The notes under the pieces are model-generated. The model saw nothing but the letters and a program-made list of their open reading frames with translations. It made no database searches and was not told the DNA's origin. Source: Polymyxa betae A26-41 (taxonomy: Eukaryota > Protista > Endomyxa: Phytomyxea). From it: a stretch of 64,000 bases of DNA. The translations under genes and the position numbers were made by a program. Location: the NCBI GenBank assembly GCA_003693705.1, contig RBZT01000794.1:24430-88429 (forward strand), given 5' to 3'. Below, piece by piece: positions 57,409 through 64,000 of this stretch (positions are counted from its first letter, which is position 1; each line of letters opens with the position of its first letter).

Positions 57409-57859
57409 AATTTGGGTAGCGCAGCCCGGTGCTGCGTCAAATGTCGGCTCCAATGAATGATGCTTCAAAAACAGCAGTAGAAAGACAGTAATCGAAAAGG
57501 CGAAGATCACGAATGCAGCACCAACAGCGACCGCATCCTCATCCACAATCCATGCTATGTCGCGTTGCAAATCATGATGAAATCTGTTGCAAAGGGTCGC
57601 TTTCTCGCCTTCTTATGACAGTTATCTTTTGTACGGCAGTAACACGGTCCTGCATTGGAGTTGAGAGATGATGTGCAAATCGGCGTCTGGAGACACAAAT
57701 TCACACGGATCTGCCCAAATCAAAATGATAATGTGAGAAACTACGCTGTATTCGCTGTCAATCAAATATGAACACATTGAAAGCAAATAAACCAGTAAAA
57801 AAATGGAATTATCAAAAAATGTCGTGCTCCAGCTTGAATACTTAGTTAGTTAAAAATGA

Positions 57860-60560
57860 GGGCATCTCTTCTAAAAGCGGTTATTTCCAAGAAGGGGCTT
57901 TCTTAAAATGAGCTTTAAGATGATCTAGATGCTCAGGAATGCGGTCGCGAAGACGATCGTCAAATCCTATCAGGACTTATTCATAGAAATCGCCAACTGC
58001 CATCAAGTCGGCCATAGTTTCGCCGCGTAGGTGAAGGCCTTACGATTTGATCACATTCTTAGATCGTATTTTATCAGAAGAAAAAACTTTATTCGAGCAC
58101 AAACTGGGCCTGTATATAGGAACGATATGATGGGTCATTCGACAATCGGAGAGCCGTTTACTTTGTCGATGGAGAGCCATACAGAAAAGTGGCGCTTGAA
58201 GAAAAACATCTATTCGATGATGAAGAGTCATTGCAAACATTGCTGAATGAACTTAATGTTTCCGTTTCCGACGGGCTCGGGCGAAGCTCTGTCCGGCAGC
58301 GACCTTTTCCAGCTTCTTGAACGGCGAGGTTTGTTTCCTTTCTGTTTAAAATGTTGCATTGCTTCTGACTGATCGTCTATCTGTCAGATTCTCAAAACAA
58401 CGAAGACGACAAGGATCTCTATCAGTATGCAATGTTCTGGCTCGAGTTGTCGAAGGATACAAGAAGGTGCAGTTTATTGATCTTGTCTTGTTCTTCGAGG
58501 AATGCAAGAGCCCGTTTGCTGTCCTGTTTGTTGAATTGGCCGGTTCCGTCATTGCGCCTTCTAATGATCATTAGGATTTTAAAAATCTGATTAGCGCGAG
58601 TGTCATTAATCTTTCAGCTATCTGTGGTCGATTGGCAATGTGAGCAAATACCAGCCCCCATCAGATCTGTGCTGTGTAAACAGCAGATGGCTGATTTGCG
58701 ACCTGCAACCAAGCGAGCTTGTGCTGCCGGTCAGTTCTCTTCTGAAAGCGATTATTTTCAAGATGGGGCTTTCTTAAAATGAAATTTAAGATGATCTAGA
58801 TGCTCAGAAATGCGGACGCGAAGACGATCGTCAAATCCTATCAGGACTTATTCATGGAAATCGCCAACTGCCATCAAGTCGGCCTTAGTTTCGCCGCGTA
58901 GGTGAAGGCCTTACGATTTGATTACGCCGGCTTCGGGACCAAACCAATCGCACTATCTATCCTAAAACATACAATCTAACACCAAGCTGTAAGTTTATTC
59001 GAATAAAAAAGCACTGCAGAAAGCATTTGCATGAACTACACACGATGGAAAGATGTTGAATATCTTTAACCCCTTCTGGGCGGAGGGTTGCGCCGTCAGA
59101 CACCACCCTGTATCCTCTCTGACACAGAGGATCGGGTCGGGGTCACTCCTTGTCATTCATTTCTCTGTAGACTTCTCTTCATGGGAAAAGGGAAAAACAA
59201 GAAAGTGCAAGCCGTGCCAGCGGCCTGCGCCAGGCACCATCGGTGTCGGATTCTGATATGGTACCCCGTCGTGAATTCTTTGTTGTTGCCGATGTTTAGT
59301 GTACATTCCTAGATCGTATTTTATCAAAAGAAAAAACTCCAGTTGCCAGTCGATATTTGCAATAAGATCATCAGTGTCTGCCGAATATTCTTTGATTTAG
59401 AACACGAACCTGACGACAACTCGCAACTGTTAGACAAAACTGTCCATGAAGTCGGCAACGAACTACAGCTTAGTCCTAATGATGGTCCTTTCCAACTTCA
59501 GGTTAAACGTAAGCTTTCGTTTTGTGTTTTTGTCCATCATTATTTTGTTGCTGGTCGTCATTGTCGAATAGATGCTGATGAGAAGCGATCACCATTCCAG
59601 CTCTGCGTTCATCGCCTGCTTGATTACTGTCGAGCACAAACTGGGACTGTTTATATGAGCGATGTGATGGTTCGTTCGACAATCGGAGAGCCGTTTCCTT
59701 TTGTCGTTGGAGAGCTATACAGAACAGTGGCGCTTGAAGAAAAACATCTATTCGATGATGAAAACTCATTGCAAACATTGCCGAATGAGCTTAATGTTTC
59801 CGTTTTCGATGGTCTTGGGCGAAGCTCTCTCCGGCAGCGACCTTTTCCATCTTCTTGAACGCCGAGGTTTGTTTCCTTTCTGTTTGAAATGATGTTGCAT
59901 TGCTTCTGACTGATCGTGTATCTGTCAGATCCTCAAAACAACAAAGCTGTATGTAGTGTATCAAATTACACGAGTTGTCGAGGATACAAGAAGGTGCAGT
60001 TTATTGACCTTGCCATGTTCTTCGAAAAACGCAAGAGCCCGTTTGCTGTCCTGTTTGTTGAATAATCCGGTTCCGTCATTGCGCCTTCTGATGATCATTA
60101 GGATTTTCAGAATCTGATTAGCGCGAGTGTCATTAAACTTTCAGTTATCTGTGGTCGATTGGCAATGTGAGCAAATACCAGCCCCCCTCAGATCTGTGCT
60201 GTGTAAACAGCAGATGGCTGATTTGCGACCTGCAACCAAGCGAGCTTGTGCTGCCGGTCAGTTCTCTCCTGAAAGCGATTATTTTCAAGATGGGGCTTTC
60301 TTAAAATGAGCTTTAAGATGATCTAGATGCTCAGGAATGCGGTCACGAAGACTATCGTCAAATCCTATCAGGACTTATTCATGGAAATCGCCAACCGCAA
60401 TCAAGGCGGCCATAGTTTCGCCGCGTAGATGAATGCCTTACGATTTGATTACGCCGGCTTCGGGACCAAATTAATCGCACTATCTATCCTAAAACATACA
60501 ATCTAACACCAAGCTGTATGTTTTTTTGAATAAAAAAGCATTGGAGGAAGCAATTGCATG
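57860..60560 (+). pseudogene. Tandem kinase-deleted copies of the downstream effector-like gene (~1.53 kb period)
   Basis: Near-identical markers at 57894/58765/60293, 58283/59821/61367 and 59053/60580; stops and deletions. Confidence 0.85.
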
Positions 60561-60707
60561 AACTACACACGATGGAAAGATGTTGAATATCTTTAACCCC
60601 TACTTGGCGGAGGGTTGCGCCTTCAGACACCACCCTGTATCATCTCTGACACAGAGGATCGGGTCAGGGTCACTCCTTGTCATTCATTTCTCTATAGATC
60701 TCTCTTC

Positions 60708-63645
60708 ATGGGAAAACGAAAAAACAAAAAAAGGGCAAGCCGTGCCAGCGGCCAGCTCCAACTGGTACCCCGTCATGAATTCTCTTGTTGTTGCCGATGT
60801 TTAGTGTACATTCCTAGATCGTATTTTATCAAAAGAAAAAACTCCAGTTGCCAGTCGATATTTGCAAGAAGATCATCAGTGTCTGCCGAATATACTTCGA
60901 TTTAATACACGAACTTGACGACAACTTGCAACTGTTAGATAAAACTGGTCATGAAATCGACAACGAACTACAGCTTAGTCCTAATGATGGTCCTTTCCAA
61001 CTTCAGGTTAAACGTAAGCTTTCGTTTTGTGATTTTGTCCATCATTATTTTGTTGTTGGTCATTATTGTCGAATAGATGCTGATGAGAAGCGTTCACCGT
61101 TCCAGCTCCGCGGTCATCGCCTGCTTGATTACTTTCGAGCACAAACTGGGACTTTATATAGGAACGATGTGATCGTTCGTTCCCCTGATGCGAACGACAT
61201 TCGCAGAGCCTTTTCATTGTGTCGATGGAGGGCTATCTACAGAAAAGTGGCGCTTGAACAAAAACATCTATTCGATGATGAAGATTCATTGCAAACATTG
61301 CTGAATGAGCTTAATGTTTCGGTTCTCGATGAGCTTGAAGCTCTGGATATTGATGACAGCCTGGGCGAAGCTCTCTCCGGCAGCGACCTTTTCCAGCTTC
61401 TTGATCGGCGAGGTTTGTTTCCTTTCTGTTTAAAATGTTGCATTGCTTCTGACTGATCGTCTATCTGTCAGATTCTCAAAACAACGAAGACGACAAGGAT
61501 CTCTATCAGTATGCAATGTTCTGGCTCCGTCAAAATATACCCTTCTTCACTTTTTCTAGCAATAGCAAGGTGGAATTTCAGTTCCATTTGTTCTGGAAAG
61601 ATATCCTCCAAGCAACTATTGCATTGCCGCAGCTTTCTCCATTGAAGCTGTATGTAGAGTATCAAATTACACGAGTTGTCGAAGGATACAAGAAGGTGCA
61701 GTTTATTGATTTTGTCGTGTTCTTCGAGGAATGCAAGAGCCCGTTTGCTGTCCTGTTTGTTGAATTGGCCGGTTCCGTCATTGCGCCTTCTGATGATCAC
61801 AAGGATTTTCAGAAACTGATTAGCGCGAGTGTCATTTATCTTTCAGATATCTGTGGTAATGACTGTTCTGCTTTTCATCATATCAAAGTAAATTTGACTC
61901 GTCCCATCTGTTTACAGTGAAGTTGACGAACCTGAATCCACCAAAGACAACAAGCGAACTTTCCCAGTTGCGTGTGTTTGGCATCTTTATGACCAGATTC
62001 GCTTTTGATCTCGTTGTCGTCCGTCCAATTTTCGACAATGAAGATGTTACCTCCATGGCTTTCGTTGTGGAGACGGATAGAACAAAGCGATGTTTTATCG
62101 ACCATGATAAGAAGATTTCCCAGGGCGACGATATTACTCAGAGTTCCGAATCCTTACGCGGTGAGGACACGCAGCTGGGATTTGACGTCGTCATCGTAAA
62201 ACTTGTTTACAGAATCCGGGCGGGGTGGAGCCGAAGAAGAGCTGTTGGACCAGGCTTTTCATGAGGATAGCAACCGGCCCATTCAGCAGGATGATGAAAT
62301 TCTTGGTATCTCCGAGATAGAGACTGTTTCGGACATGAGCGAGCTTAGGAACGATCAATTGCAGCACCGAATTTATGCTGCTTTGAAAGGGGTGGACTTC
62401 GCTGATCTTAAACCATTGTTCAAGTTCGGCATGATGATTCGACATTACTGCGAGGATGTGAAGGATTGGTTTGACGAGGAAAATTTGGATGGCTTGTCGA
62501 AGATTGCAATGCAAATTCCGGAACCTGCGTCTAGCCGAGCTTCGGCGTCCCAGGCGACACCTGCCAAGGTCAGACCCCGTTCTGGGCAACAGTCTCGCCG
62601 TTCCACTCAATCGGGAGCTTCTGGTCGACAAGCATCGTCTCGGTCTGGCATTCATCAGGCCCTCGATTCAATCAAGGCCTACAATATCGCGACAGTCTAT
62701 GACTGTGAAGGCGCTCTAGTGATCTCGTTCGAATCGGATCAATGTGATGCGGTTCGAGTTCTGAAAAGAAATACTCGCAGATCAGCAAAGAACGAAATTG
62801 AGATAACTCGCAGTTTGCACGACTATCGATTCGTTCCATTCGTGTATTCGAGTGTTTGGGATGAGAAAAATGCTCATGGCACCATTATTGCAGAACAACT
62901 GGCCCGCGTGAATCCCAATAGTGGACTTGACATTCTGTCTCGTTTCGCTGATCATCTTCATTTTATGCATGACCTCATTGAATCAGTGCAGTATTTGCAC
63001 TCGCTACGTATCCTTCATCGGGATATCAGCCCGGGCAATGCCATGTATTCGACCAGGGATGGGCGCTACAAACTATTGGATTTCGAATCGGCCGTCTTCT
63101 TGCCAGATAATCAAAACGTTCATGTGGACGAGGCCTCTATCGGGACCAAACAGTATGTGGATCCGTATGTCCACAAGACTCATGAGTACTCTTTCGTTAG
63201 CGACTGGTACAGTCTCGGTTTTGTATGTTTTCAGCGGGCCGTGTATGACACCAGCCCGGAAATGGATTCCTATCAATCAGATAGTGATTTGAACACTATC
63301 TATGATCGCGTCTGCAACGTTGCGTCAAGTATGATGCATTTTAGAAAAAAGCCGATGCTGGAGCCCCACAAGTTATTGCTTGAGATCGCATCGATTCGAC
63401 ATCAACTCCAAACTGTTCAAGATTGTCGGAAGAATATCCCGATTGGCAATGTAAGCAAATACCAGCCTTCCTCAGATCCGTCCAGATCTGCGCTGTGTAA
63501 GCAGCAGATGGCTGATTTGCAACCTGCAACCAAGCGACCTTGTGCTGTCGGTCAGTGGACCTTAACTTCCTCATCAAGATCGTCTGATACTACATCAGTA
63601 AACTTCAAACAACTCTCTTTATTCCAATGCAAACCCGTTCTATAG
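60708..63645 (+). CDS. Crinkler-like multi-exon protein: ubiquitin-like header, PD-(D/E)xK nuclease-like domain, C-terminal protein kinase; start uncertain
   Basis: Kinase HRDISPGN, LLDFESA, GTKQYVDP, SDWYSLG (solid); IDFVVF..LFVELA..HKDFQKL and IVFYQKKKLQL..LQLLDKTG (inferred). Confidence 0.7.
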
Positions 63646-64000
63646 CATTGTCCTGTATGATCTTCGCCTCGGATTTCTCCACTTCTGTGGATTTAAAGAA
63701 TAAAATGAAACAATTCCTGTTGTTGATTAAGATGGCATATAGGAAAACCCACCAACAGCCCCTCATAGCGAAACAAACCAAGATGTATCAGAAAGGAACC
63801 TGATGAATAGAAACGAATTGGAATTGTGTCGGAAAGTCGCAAATCTTTACAATAATTCCGACTTTCCGACATCATTATTTACAGCGCAGGTCGACACCCA
63901 TATCAATTTAACAGGTATTAATAAAAGCAGGCCTGCGCAGTTCCGGGTATTTTTAAGGGGTTTTTAGGGTTCTTTTTATTGTTCGCCGATTAAAGTGGAA

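Overview
Eukaryotic nuclear DNA from a compact, intron-rich protist-like genome: ~45-60 bp introns, convergent genes only 6-60 bp apart. A plasmodiophorid/oomycete-like parasite is my tentative inference, not demonstrable here. Layout: (1) 1-19.5 kb, dense housekeeping block: RPL11, BolA1, NDUFAF2-like, a stand-alone RNA-ligase-like gene, DH-PH RhoGEF, ILEI+ankyrin protein, CAMKK-like kinase, COX10, GPKOW/Spp2, NDOR1, DHX16/Prp2. (2) ~19.8-30.3 kb, nested transposon graveyard: MULE, Helitron, a complete pogo element with a passenger gene, Harbinger, Gypsy gag copies, a 368-bp TRIM, and an LTR with PBS-Met. (3) 30.5-48 kb, second gene block: SANT protein, VHL-beta-domain prolyl 4-hydroxylase, copper-ligand-less multicopper oxidase, GRAM protein, plant-identical hexa-ubiquitin, MPP-alpha, PTEN/C2 protein, V-ATPase F. 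(4) 48-64 kb, accessory region: Crypton-type tyrosine recombinase with an adjacent AWS-SET remnant, chromodomain Gypsy pol, a hAT derivative, and a Crinkler-like Ubl-REase-kinase gene preceded by tandem kinase-deleted copies. Exon boundaries were read by eye and are approximate; no database searches were run.
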